Shown piece after piece: positions 1 to 26,928 of a DNA stretch of 62,000 nucleotides. The position numbers were made by a program, and so were the translations under genes. The first letter of the stretch is position 1. Each line of letters starts with the position of its first letter. The notes below the pieces were generated by a model that did not search any database, had not been told where the DNA came from, and saw nothing but the letters and a program-made list of their open reading frames with translations. Source of the stretch: Lama guanicoe (taxonomy: Eukaryota); contig MU053881.1 in the NCBI GenBank assembly GCA_013239625.1, positions 14,312,373 through 14,374,372 on the forward strand. The letters are read 5' to 3'.

Positions 1-519
1 CCTACACTTTTTATATCCAACAGAGTTTAAAAAGTAGTTCAAATAAATTGCTGTATCGGAGGACAGAAATATTATAGACATATATAGACACATTTTTCTT
101 AAGCATATTGTCTGATGTGTTTTCTACTAGTACCTAAGTGCTATAATATTAATTGACACTTGTAGTTTTGTTCAAACAGTAGCATTTACATAACAGAAAA
201 ATAAATAATACAGAAAAATGCATCATTTCAAATAAACACCAATTTTCCATATTCTTAGGTTAACATAGTTATCTGTGTGTAATTATTATTTATTACATGA
301 TGCCTCTTGTCACGTATGGCTCTCCGGTCTTCGCTCCCTAAGGCCACCAGCCCGGAGCCAAAGACCTCGAAGAAAGGGCCTCTCTCTGGGGCTAGATCGA
401 CCTGGAACCCCACCCGACCACCACCCCCTCACAAGCCCCGCCGCCTTATCGCTGGTGCTTCTTTGGCCCCGCCTCCTCAGTGTCCAGGCTCCGCCCCTCA
501 TGACCCCTGCAGAGCCGTC

Positions 520-851
520 TCCGAGGTGGACTCGCCTCTTCCGGTTTAGGTTGTCATGGTGGCGCCCCGCCCACCTTGCCTCGTCTTTTCCGGTCTCAGT
601 CCGGCGTGGCAGAGCAGGCAGGCTGCCTTGGCCCTTTTCAAGCCCTCTCTGTCATGGCGGCGCCCTGACTCTTCTTCCGGCCACAGCCTGTCATGGCGGT
701 GGCCTGAGCAGCCACTCCCAGACCCAGACCTCTACGTTGCCTTGGCTCTTCTTAGTCCCTGCTGCTATGGCGGCGCCCAGGGTTTACCGGAAGTAAGACA
801 TCGGAAGTGAGCCGGTGCCTCTGCCCGGAAGCGAGCACGGCGCTGGGAAAG
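520..851 (+). promoter_or_regulatory. ATP13A1 TATA-less promoter with ETS (GABP-type) and YY1-like motifs
   Basis: CCGGAAGT 787-794, TCGGAAGT 801-808, CCGGAAGC 825-832, several TTCCGG, repeated ATGGCGGC motifs; lies at the 5' edge of a CpG island directly before the ATP13A1 ATG. Confidence 0.7.
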
Positions 852-15914
<15,063 letters not shown>

Positions 15915-16115
15915 GACGGCGGTGCTGGCACCTGCTGCCCACCCTGCTGCCGCTGGGCAGGAGCCCTACAAGGGCCCCAGGAGGGAACACTGCCCCCACG
16001 GTGAGGCTGATTTGGCCTTGCCCACCAAGACTGAACTGGGACACCCCCACCCTACCTACTACGGCCGTCTGAGGGCCTGGCTGGCAGAACCAGCCCCGGG
16101 CCAGCCCCTTTGGTA

Positions 16116-16121
16116 AATAAA
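16116..16121 (+). terminator. ATP13A1 polyadenylation signal
   Basis: AATAAA about 200 nt after the stop codon. Confidence 0.8.
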
Positions 16122-17362
16122 GCAGCATCCATGATTTTAAAAGCTCTGCCTCCATCTCTCTCTGTGCCACAGAAGGGGTCATTGGGTGGGTGGGGGGCAG
16201 GGTGTTCACTGAGGAAGGTCCTGGCACCCTCCTGGGCCATGTGAAGTTCTAATCTCTCTCTGCAACACATTTCAGCTCTTGGACAGGCCAAGCTCAGAGC
16301 CCAGAGAGCTCTGCACATTTCCTGGTTTCACAAGCACTGCCACATTTCTGTGGTCTCTCGGCTTCATGTTTTGACAACCTCAGGCAACCTCAGGCACTGA
16401 GGGGAGTCTTAGGATCATTGGCATTTTTCCCTTTTCAATAATCTGCAAAATAACAGCATGCCTTCCTCTCATGGTGTCTTAGGATGAGGAAGTTTAGTCT
16501 GAATCATTACAAATACTGACTCGGGTCCCACTCAGGGTTCTGTGCCACATGAGTGCCATTGCCTTGTCACATCACAGCCAGACTTTGACCTACAGCCTGA
16601 CTCTTAGTAACTGACACTACCCTTCCTTTCAAAAGCTGCTCACTCAGCTGCAGCTCAGGAATTGTGGAGTAGGTAGCATGAAAGTGAAGCAACAGTCAGA
16701 TTCCTTGCCTTCTCAACAGCCAAAAACTTTGTTTCCAGCCAGAAATGCCAGAGTATGTGGTGTGGGTGCATTTTTATAACTGACAAGCTGCATGTGACCA
16801 CCTTAGGCCAGGGAACCCAGGCCCAGGCTTCTGGACAACCTCGCCCTTCGCTCAGTGAGGAGCTCTCTGCCTTTTCCTGCCCTTGCCCCTTGGTCATCCT
16901 CAGCAGCCCATCCCTGACTGGCTTCCCCATCAAGAGTGTGGCAAACAGCCCAAGGAAAGCCCTGGGAGCCAAAGCAGGGAAGGGGCAGGGACCAGCTGTG
17001 AGCATCACGTGGGCCCTGAGCACTGTCCAGGGTTTCTGGAGGGGTAGGGGTGCCAGACCCCACCCAGCATAGGGGCTGCTGTGGCCATGTGGAATCCATA
17101 AGACAATTTAAGGCAATTTAAAGCCATCAGAAGGGGAGCACTCTGGACTTAGGGTCTGCTGGGGATTTTGGGGGGACTCAATACAACGGTCTCTGCCCTC
17201 CGTGCCTGAGAGGGGCGCTAGGGTTGCTCTAGCTGCGCTGTGATCAGGGCCTCAAGAGCCTGATACAGCACTGAGCATTACCTGGGGTCCCCTAGTAGTG
17301 TCCGCAGCCGCAGAGTGTTAGAGGATTTGAAAGTGGGCTGGAATCCGGCAGGACATCGACCT

Positions 17363-17376
17363 CCACTAGGGGGCTC
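17363..17376 (+). promoter_or_regulatory. CTCF-like motif between ATP13A1 and GMIP
   Basis: CCACTAGGGGGCTC, one mismatch to CCASYAGRKGGCRS. Confidence 0.5.
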
Positions 17377-17439
17377 CCATGGCCCCAGTCGGGCTGGGAT
17401 GGGTTCAGAGGTCCAAGAGACCCCCGGTGGGGGCGTCAC

Positions 17440-17900
17440 TGGGTCATAAAATGTGGAAGGTTTGGCGACAGGAGGCTTCTCGGGCCAACCCGACTCCGTG
17501 GGCTCACTATAGCGGGAGTGTGCTGGGGTTTTGGGAACCTGCAGAGAGCCGGTAACGGGAACCCTGACTGGGATGGAATCATTTTGGCCAGTGCCTCAGA
17601 AGGCCCTGGCCCAACCGCATTCCCCGCGTCTGGGACAGGGGGCGCGGTCCGCGTTTCCGGGGCTCGGGGGTGTGGTCGACCAGCAAAGGCGTGGTCGGGG
17701 GCGGGCCCTCCACGATGTGGGGCGGGGCGACGTGGGACTCGGCTGGCGGCGACGGCGGCTGCAGGAAATCGGGGCTGGGCCCCGCCGGCGCCCGCGCGAT
17801 CGCATCCCAGTCTCCGTCCCAGCCGAGCGATCCTCAGGCCGGGCCATGGACACAACGGAGCCAGGTAGGCCGTCCGGGTTATGGGATCCGAGAGGGGCCT
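17440..17900 (+). promoter_or_regulatory. GMIP CpG-island promoter
   Basis: CpG-rich, GC boxes (GGGGCGGG) near 17697-17728, directly before the GCCATGG start at 17846. Confidence 0.75.
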
Positions 17901-20900
17901 CCTCCGACAATACCCTCCTTACTAAATCAATGAGCACCCCCTCCCTAACCCTCTCCGTCCGAAAAGCTGGGAGAGGAGTTCCTGAATTCCCAGGACACTG
18001 GGATCCTCCACTGTGGGGACCCCCAAGCTGAGGAGGGGCCGGGGACACCAGTCCCTGACCCCCTCCCCCTTTGGAGTTTTCACCCCGGATGCCTGGGGGA
18101 GGGGGGCCAGGAAGGGGAAGTGGCTGCTTCTGCTTCTGATATTTGTGATGGGGGCAGGGTGTCACGACCGCTGATGGAGAGGGCAACGCGGCAGGATCCC
18201 CACCCGGCTCCTCCATTGCCCCGGGAGGGGGAAATGCTGATTTGGGCCCCCTAGAAGGGGTGCCTGCGGCAGAAACGTGGCAAGGTCCGAGTTTGTTTCT
18301 TCCTGTCTTTGTGTCTCTGCTGTGCACATTGTATCATCTGGTCTTCATGCCTCTCCTGGTTTCAGTCTGCCTGTGTGTTTCTGCCGCAGGCCCTTTTGCC
18401 GGTTTGTCCCACGTGCATTTCCATCTGTCTAGCCCGAGGTCCATGTGGTCCCATTGTCAAGCCAGCTCTCTCCCCGGAGACAGTATGGCTGTATCTGGGA
18501 CATCTGTTTTGTCACTTTGCTTCTGGGCCCGTGCATATGTGGTGTCTCTGCTTCTCTGAGCCGCTGTCTCTGTGTTGGGTTGTGCCTGAGTTCATCTGCC
18601 TGCCCAGAGTCGGTCCCACCCAAGCCCAAGCTCCCTCTGTCCCAGCTCAGATACCCACCCCATCCCACACTCCCCACTCCCCGGGCCAGAATTCTCTCTT
18701 TCTCTCTCTCTCCCTCTCCCGCTCTCTCTCTCTCACCCTCTCACCCGCCAAACAACCAACCAAGCTGCTGTGGGTGGAGGGAGGCTTCCATTGGCCCATG
18801 TGTGATACTCCTCTCCCCAAGGGCTACTACCCCCGGCTCCAGAGAGCAGAAAGAGGTACAGCGATATCTTCCGGAGCCTGGACAACCTTGAGATCTCACT
18901 GGGGAACGTGTGAGTCTGAGCCTGGGTCACCCCCATTTTCTGCCAGGATCCCCAAAATCCCTAACGCTGTTAGGGACCTGCAATTTCTGGATCCACTTAC
19001 CTAATAACCCAAGAAGTCTAAGATAGGGCCCTCCAAAACACCTGATGATCCCAAAATTCAACCCCTCAAATCCACTAGAAATCACCAAAGTGGTCCCCCT
19101 TAAAATATTTGAGAACCTTACCCCACTTTATGAACCCCAAAATTACCTGGGACCCTTCAAATTCTATCTCAAGTCCCATTAAAAAAAATCACCTACTTCC
19201 TCCCCCAAAACCTTATCCCTCAGGACTCCCAGATACACTAAATGTCACAGAGGTGATATTCAGGACCAACCCCAAACTGCCCTGGGGGTCCCCAGCATCC
19301 TTAGGTGGGACAGGCTGGGTGGAGGGTGGCATCCTGACACTGTTACCTCCCAGGACCTTTGAGATGCTGGCTGGAGACCCTGTGCTTTCAGGAGACCCAG
19401 AACCTGACAAGACCCCTACAGCCACTTTGGTGAGGGGCAAGACCAAGGGGGCAGGGAGGAGGGAGGCCTCTGGAAGGAGGAGATTTACGGAGGTGGGGCT
19501 CCTGCTCCGCTTGTTCCTGAGTACTGTCTCCCTCCCTCTTAGACCAGTGAAACCAGCCATTGGAGTGTCTCCTCCCCAGAGGGTCCTGCACCCCTTACAG
19601 GTAGGAGGCTTTGAGGCCAGGGGAGTAGGGGCAGAAAAGAGTCCTTCCCTCAACAAGTAATCACCAACTACTTGTTCCGTGAACTGGGGACAGCAGTGCA
19701 CACAGCAGATCTGAACACCTGTCCTCAGGGAGCCCCCAGTATGGGTGGATAATCAGTGTAAAATTTCAGCCTGGACATGTGAAAGCAAAGAGGTGTTTGG
19801 GGAGCTATAGGGTGTAGAACAGGGGCCACCAGTATAGTCTGAGGACTCAGGAAAGGCTTCCAAGGGAGAGTTCAGAGGTCAGGGGTCCATTCGTCTGCCA
19901 CAGGGGAGGAACTGGACTTGCGGCTCATTCGGACCAAGGGGGGCGTGGATGCAGCCCTGGACTATGCCAAGACCTGGAGCCGCTATGCCAAGGAGCTGCT
20001 GTCCTGGACTGAGAAGAGAGCCAGCCATGGTGAGGGCCCCTTCTGCCAGGTCCCAGGCTGCAGGCAGTGTCCACACCCTGCCTGATTCAGACCCCTGCTA
20101 TCTGCCTCCAGAGCTGGAGTTTGCCAAAAGCATCATGAAGATCGCTGAGGCTGGCAAGATGACAATCCACCAGCAGGTAGCCATGAGCAGACCTCCCCAG
20201 GGCCCAGGCCCTCCAGAACCCCAGCCAGACCCCCCTAGAGCCTCAGCATCCTCCAACACCCATCACCCTCCCCCTCCCACACCAGAGCCACATGCCACTG
20301 CAGTACATCTACGCCCTGTTTCTGGAGCATGACCTCAGCCTGGGAGCCCTGGCCCTGGAGACAGTGGCCCAGCAGAAAAGAGATTACTATCAGGTAAGGG
20401 GACCCTCCATGCATCATTCCATCCACTACCCCCCGGGGGATGCACCGTTACCATCAGCACCATTTTGCTGATGAGGAAGCTGAGACCCAGGGATGCTGAG
20501 GAACTTACCCAAGGTTACCCAGCAGAGATTCAAACTAGGCTTCCTGTGCGATTGCAAAACTGTGCTTTTGTTTATCTGAGGACCAAGGGGCAAGTCGCTG
20601 AGTGTTCCCAGGAAGAGAGCCTTGGCATCTGAGTCCAGGCACAAAGGATGAAGTGACCATTGAGGCTCTTTGTGGAGACACAGGGGTGAGGGAGAGCAGA
20701 TCTGAGGGAGAAGACCTGGGAGGGAGAGTGCAGAACCAGAAAAAATGTCCAGACAATGAAAGATATGCAGCCTCAGTGAATCGAAAGACCAAGTGGACCT
20801 GAGACAGCATCCCTGTTCCCCATCCCTGCCAGCCCCTGGCTGCCAAACGGACTGAGATTGAGAAGTGGCGGAAGGAGTTCAAGGAGCAGTGGATGAAGGA

Positions 20901-23900
20901 GCAGAAGCGGATGGTGAGGCCCAGGGTGGTGGGGGGCAGGCTGCTGGAGGAGAGGAAGAAGCAATGACCACGTCTCTCCTGGCCCTCAGAACGAGGCAGT
21001 GCAGGCCCTGCGGCGGGCCCAGCTCCAGTACATGCAGCGCAGCGAGGACCTGCGAGTACGCTCTCAGGTATCCCCTGAAGACTCGGGTCCCCAGGCTTCG
21101 CCGGGACCCAACAAGCAGCAGGAGCGGCGGCGGCGCTCGCGAGAGGAGGCCCAGGCCAAGGTGGGAATTTGGCCCCGCGCCCCCGTGCTTCGGCGCCCCC
21201 CGCCCCACGCTCTCCCCTACACTCGCACGGGGCCTCGATTTCTCCAGGCTCAGGAGGCCGAGGCGCTGTACCAGGCCTGCGTCCGGGAGGCCAATGCTCG
21301 GCAGCAGGACCTGGAGGCCGCCAAGCAGCGGATCGTGTCACATGTGCGCAAGCTGGTGCTGCAGGGCGACGAAGTGCTGAGGCGGGTGAGATCCTAACTC
21401 TAAGGCTGCCGCCACAGTCATTCACCCGGGCTGGGCGCCCCGTGCCCCTCAACCGCCTCCAGGGCACCAGGACCAACTCCCTCTATCTAGACAGTTCCTG
21501 CCCCCAGACCCTGACTGCACCTCCCACTCCGCCCCCTCCCATGGGGTTTTGCACACCCTGCCCCCCTCCAGGATGCCCCACCTGGGTTGTGACCAGACCC
21601 CATCCCAGCTACTCCCAGCTACGTGCTGTTGTCCCGAAGCCTCCTCCCACTGCCGGGCCCCGCCCCCAAGCCTGGACCATGCTGGTGTCTGTCAGGGTCA
21701 GGCCCCATCCCTCTCACACGCGGTCTCCGCCCCACAGGTGACCCTGGGATTGTTCCGGCTGAGAGGGGCTCAGGCAGAGCGTGGCCCCCGTGCCTTCGCC
21801 GCCCTGGCGGAGTGCTGCGCACCCTTCGAACCCGGCCAGCGTTACCAGGAGTTTGTGCGGGTGCTGCAGCCCGCCTCCCCGCCTCCCCCGCCACCTGCCT
21901 TCTCTTTCCAGGAGTTCATGTACAGGTGGGTCCCCAGGAGCAGGGTCAGGTAGGAGTCCCGGGGACACGGTGCCAGGCTATTGGCACTGTGGGGCTGAAT
22001 CTCAGAGTGAGAACCCTGAGGCTCAGTACTTGGATTTAATGCCAAGCACTCTTTATTTGGTCAGCGTTGTCCCAGTCTTGGGACGGTTGGAAATTTGGGG
22101 TTACTGCGCTGAGGACCGCAATGCTCATCGGTGTAAAGGCTTGGCAGACCCAAGTACTTGGAGTTGGGTCCACGATGGGTTGCTTGGATGATGTCATTCC
22201 AGCCTAGTTTCCTAGTTATCAGAGTCCTCAAACATCTCCTTTCAGTTCCCCTCTGGACACAAAAAAAAAGCTCTCTGGTCCCCCACCTCCACGGCTGGAT
22301 GAGAGTGCAACTGAGCCCAGCCCTTGGGAGGACACTGGCACAGGCTGGCAGGGTGAGTGCAGTGAGGGGCAGGAGGAAGCAGTGCTGGGACAGGGGGCCG
22401 TATCTAACTGACCTGTCCCCTTCTAGGAACTCCGGGCAGCGATGTGGACAGCGTGGGTGGTAGCAGTGAGTCTCAGCCTTTGGACTCTCCCACTTCCAGC
22501 CCAGGTGGGGCCAGGACCTAGCCCTGACCCACTCCCAACCTCTGACCATCCTTCAGCTCCTGGCTAGGCTCTGACTCTAAGTCCCAAGCCCAGACTTTGA
22601 CATCTGATCTTCCCCACACCCCTGACCTATTTTCTCAGCCTCTGATTCATTCTCTTTTTTTGTTTGTTATTGTGTTTTATTTTTTGGTTTTTTGGGGGGA
22701 GGTAATTGGGTTTTTATTCATTTACTTATTTTTAATGGAGGTACTAGGGATTGAACCCAGGACCTTGTGCTTGCTAGGTACGTGCTCTACCACCGAGCTA
22801 CACCCTCCCCTTGACCCATTCTCTTGATTCAACTTCTGAACCACCCCCCTCAGGTTGCTGACCTATTCTCCAGCCCCTAACCCCTGACCTGTCTGACCCT
22901 CTTCCTGACTTCTGACCCTTTCCCTAAGGCATCTGTGGGTGGTTTTGGAAGGCTAAAAACCAGGAATGTCTCTTTAGCCATGGTGCCTCCCCATGGCCTC
23001 TGTGACCTTCAAGCTCTGTGCCCCTCCGACCAGGCTCTGGCACGAGGCGGCTGGTGAAAGCCGCATCCATAGGCACCGAATCTTCTGATGACTTTGAGGA
23101 GCGAGACCCTGGTGAGGCTGGAAGCAAGTGAAGGGGTGGGGAGTGGGGATGGACTAGGCACCGCTGACCCTGTCTTCCCGCAGATCTGGGAGATGGGCTG
23201 GACAACGGGCCAGGCACCCCCTTCAAGAAATGGACACTGTCCTGCGCAGCCCAGACCCACCGGCTGCGGCGGCTGCGGGGCCCAGCCAAGTGCCGAGAGT
23301 GTGAGGCTTTCATGGTCAGCGGGACCGAGTGCGAGGAGGTGCGGCCTGGGCCAATGACCTGTTGACCTCTGCTGACCCTCAGTGACCTGAATCCAGGCAC
23401 CTCCTTGACCTGAAATCCCTAAGACCTTCCCACCCCTGGGATCTGCCCTGATCTGATGATCTCCTATGAGCCCCCTGCTCCTGCTGCGGATCCCTATGAC
23501 CTTCTCTTCCCCCACTGACCCCTGATGACCTCCCTGTCCCTGTGATCTTCCCCTCAGTGCCTTCTGACCTGCCACAAGCGCTGCCTCGAGACGCTACTGA
23601 TCTTCTGCGGACATAAGCGGCTTCCAGCCCGGGCCCCCCTCTTTGGGGTCAACTTCCTGCAACTGCCCAGGAACTTCCCCGAGGAGGTGCCCTTTGTGAT
23701 CAGCAGGTGCACGGCCGAGATAGAACAGCGTGCCCTGGGTGTGCAGGTGCCACCTTGACCCTTGACCTTTGACCCTTGACCATCCCCAATAGTGATCCAG
23801 CCCTCTCAATGGCTGGAATGCAAGCCAGATATCCATTTCCCACTCCTGCCCTGCAGGGCATTTATCGGGTCAGCGGATCCCGGGTCCGCGTGGAACGGCT

Positions 23901-26900
23901 ATGCCAGGCTTTTGAGAACGGCCGAGAATTGGTTGACTTGTCAGGGAACTCGCCTCACGATGTCTCGAGTGTTCTCAAGCGATTCCTCCAGGAGGTGGGT
24001 GCTCAGCAGCTCAGGAGTCAGGGGCCAGGTGGGCTCAGGCTGAGGACCCTCTGCAGCCTACCCATACCCTTGTCCCCCCTGCCATTCCACCCCCAGCTCA
24101 CTGACCCTGTGGTCCCCTTCCACCTCTACGACGCCTTCATCTCTCTGGCTAAGACCCTGCATGCAGACCCTGGGCAAGACCCTGGGACCCTCAGCCCCAG
24201 CCCTGAGGTTATCTGCTCGCTGAAGACCCTCTTGGTGCAGCTGCCTGACTCTAACTACAACACCCTGCGGCACCTGGTGGCCCATCTGTTCAGGTGTGCA
24301 CTGTCCTTGACCTTGACATGAGACTTCTGACCTAAGTCATGGATCTGTGACCCCCTTCCCTGGACATGCAACTACTGACGCCTGACACTGACCTCTGACT
24401 TTTGCATGTGTTTTCTGAGCTCTGAAACTCAATACATGACTCCTGACTTTGGGTGCTGAGTCCAATCCCCATCACTAGGCATGTGGCTGCTAGTTGCCAA
24501 CAATGACTGAGACTACTTACTCATGACTTGGGCAAGTCGCCACTAGCCTGGCTTGTAGGTCCTACCTGATCACTAATATCCATGCACTCTGCCCTGACCC
24601 TTCTCCTCACACTGTCCCCAGGGTGGCTGCACAGTTTAAGAAGAACAAGATGTCTGCCAACAACCTGGGCATCGTGTTTGGGCCGACACTGCTGCGGCCG
24701 CCGGACGGTACAGGAGAAGCCACTGCCGGCCCTGTCACCTGCCTGCTGGACTCCGGGCACCAGGCCCAGCTCATCGAGTTCCTCATTGTGCACTATGAGC
24801 AGATCTTTGGGACTGATGAGCTCCTCCTGGCCACTGAGCCCCTGCCCCAAGACCCCAGCCCACCCACTGAGATCCTCCCACCCAGTCCCCAGCTGCCACA
24901 CCCACAACTTGCCCAGGACCCCCTGCCCCCATCCCTAACCTGGGACCCCAACCCAGACCCCATGCCCCTTAGTCCCCTGGAGAAGCATCCTGAAGTCATG
25001 CCTCCAGAGGTAAGAACCCGCTGGGCCCACAGACATGGGGAGAGCCTTCTCGCCATTTAATCCTCTCACTCTACTGTCTGCCTTCCTTTCCCTTTAAAAT
25101 TTTCTATTCCATTCCCTCCTTCCTCTTCTTATTTATCCTGTGCTCATTCTGAAAGGAAAGGTGAGGAACAGAGTGATGGGAAATAATGGAGTGATAACTG
25201 GGTACAACGTTGCAGAGATACTAATGGGTACCATTCAATCCTTCATCAGAATATTTACTGAACACCTTGGACACCTACTATATGCCAAGTATTGTTCTAG
25301 GCATGACAGATACATCAGGGAGCAAAATATTCAAAGACCCCATCCTCTTGGTGCCCACATTCTAGTGGGAAGGAAACCAACAATAAACAATAAATATGAT
25401 ACAAAGTCAGGTATACAGGATGTTACAAGGTGATGAGTACCATGGAAAAAAGAAAAGGTAACATAAGGTAAGAGACATGGAAGGCACCAAGGTAAGAGGT
25501 GGAGGGCAGTTTGTAGTAGTAAATTGGATGCTGTGGGTGGGTCTCATGGAGAAGATGGGTTTGAGCAAAGACTGGAAGGATGTGAGAGGGGAGTAAGCCA
25601 GGTGGAGATCAGGGGAAGGGTGTTCCAGGCAAAGGGAACAGCCAATACAAAGTCCCTGAGATGGGACCATGCCTAGTGTGTTCAGGGCACAGCCCCACAC
25701 TGTAATGAATGAGTGACAGGACAGTGACAGGAAGGGAGGCTAAAGAGGGGTGTTCCAACCACCACTGGCTGCATGCCTACAAGGCATGGGTGCTTGCCCA
25801 GTAAGTGTCATTAGAGGCAAATACCGTTAGTAAAAACCACTTACAGATGAGACACCTATGGGGGGCTTCCTGTCCCTCAGATCCAGCTACACCCAGCATT
25901 CCTGAGAGTTTGGATCTCTCCTACAGCACCCCAGAGCTGGGAAAGGGGGCTGCCAGCAAGGTGTAGGGCTCTGAGAACTGGAATACTTCAGAAAGTGCTC
26001 ACGACATGTAGGAAGAATTCCAAGTGCTATTAGCATTTAGCAAAAGGATAAACTAAAAAATATACAGATAAACTAAAAAGCAAGTCTAAAATTGCAGAAA
26101 GCAGAGAAGGATGGAGACCAATAGTTTACTTGTTCTGAATGCAGAGATGGCTGTCACTTTCTGGGCTGGTCTTCTGCTGAACAAAGGCATTCCTGCCCTC
26201 ACAGAGTCCACAGTTGAGATTAATGGCACTGCTCTTCGCAGCGAGGCAAGCAATACACTCTTAAAGACATCATTTCTCCCCAGATATCAGAACTGCAAAG
26301 TAACTTTGGCAGGTCCAAGAGTCTGGAAGAACTGGGAATTTATTGCCGGGTTTCTCATTCTTGGGTTTCTCCTTGCAGATTCCAACCCTGCAGAATGACC
26401 AGGGAGAGGAAGTAGCCAAAGACACCAAAAATGAGGGAGGGGAAGGTGAGTGTTTTGGGGGTAGCCCCAGGGTTCTAGGGCTGAGTGATGACAATGGGAA
26501 AGGGAGGAGTATCCAGAGGACTTAGGGGTGCTCAGCACTGACCACTCCATCTCACAGCGTCCAGCCAAGGCTCCAAGGACTCATTCTTGGGGACACAATC
26601 CCGTGGGCACTTCAGCCGCCAGCCTGTGAAGTATCCCCGGGGGGGCACGCGGCCTGTCACCCACCAGCTGTCCAGCTTGGCCCTAGTAGCATCCAAATTG
26701 TGCGAGGAAACCCCTGTCACATCAGTGCCCCAAGGGAGCTTGCGGTGGCGAGGACCGGGCCCTGCTGCCACCTCCCGTGAGGGCAGTCCTCTGCGCCGCA
26801 CTCCACTGCCCAAGCATTTTGAGATTACCCAGGAGACAGCCCGGCTACTCTCCAAGCTGTACGAGTCTGTGCCCAAGGCCACCTGCTGCCCAGACCCTCA

Positions 26901-26928
26901 GACTGAGGAAGCTGAGGACCATCTCTGA
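17846..26928 (+). CDS. GMIP: GEM-interacting protein (F-BAR-like region, C1 domain, RhoGAP), complete, 21 coding exons, 961 aa
   Basis: join(17846-17864,18822-18909,19354-19429,19543-19600,19904-20029,20112-20176,20286-20393,20833-20913,20990-21160,21248-21385,21738-21925,22246-22352,22427-22504,23034-23111,23184-23338,23558-23746,23857-23994,24097-24293,24622-25009,26379-26445,26558-26928) = 2886 nt. GT-AG, phase-consistent. Peptides: [21 protein letters not shown]1 [16 protein letters not shown]...CHKRC, RhoGAP GIYRVSG (arginine finger) and [16 protein letters not shown]; ends EEAEDHL*. Confidence 0.97.
18693..18734 (+). repeat. Imperfect (CT)n microsatellite in GMIP intron 1
   Basis: ttctctctttctctctctctccctctcccgctctctctctctc. 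Confidence 0.8.
22656..22810 (-). mobile_element. tRNA-derived SINE (Vic-1-like)
   Basis: Minus-strand head GGGGAGGGTGTAGCTCGGTGGTAGAG...GGTTCAATCCC (A and B boxes), A-rich tail, flanking near-duplicate TGA(TT/CC)CATTCTCT. Confidence 0.85.
25225..25720 (-). mobile_element. L2 LINE 3' fragment
   Basis: cattcaatccttcatcagaatatttactgaacacc...tatgccaag...gttctaggc pattern typical of a reverse L2 3' end. Confidence 0.55.

Noticed and set aside
275..810. ORFs of 80-173 aa upstream of ATP13A1
   Set aside because: Mostly non-ATG starts, no recognisable domain, in GC-rich promoter DNA.
807..851. N-terminal extension [15 protein letters not shown] of ATP13A1
   Set aside because: Starts at GTG; the ATG at 852 has a strong context and gives the expected 1204-aa protein.
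17596..19004. ORFs of 231-243 aa over the GMIP promoter and intron 1
   Set aside because: Low-complexity products of GC-rich or CT-rich DNA; no homology recognised.
20535..21476. 313-aa antisense ORF
   Set aside because: Shadow of GC-rich GMIP exons 8-10; Pro/Arg/Ala-rich, no domain.
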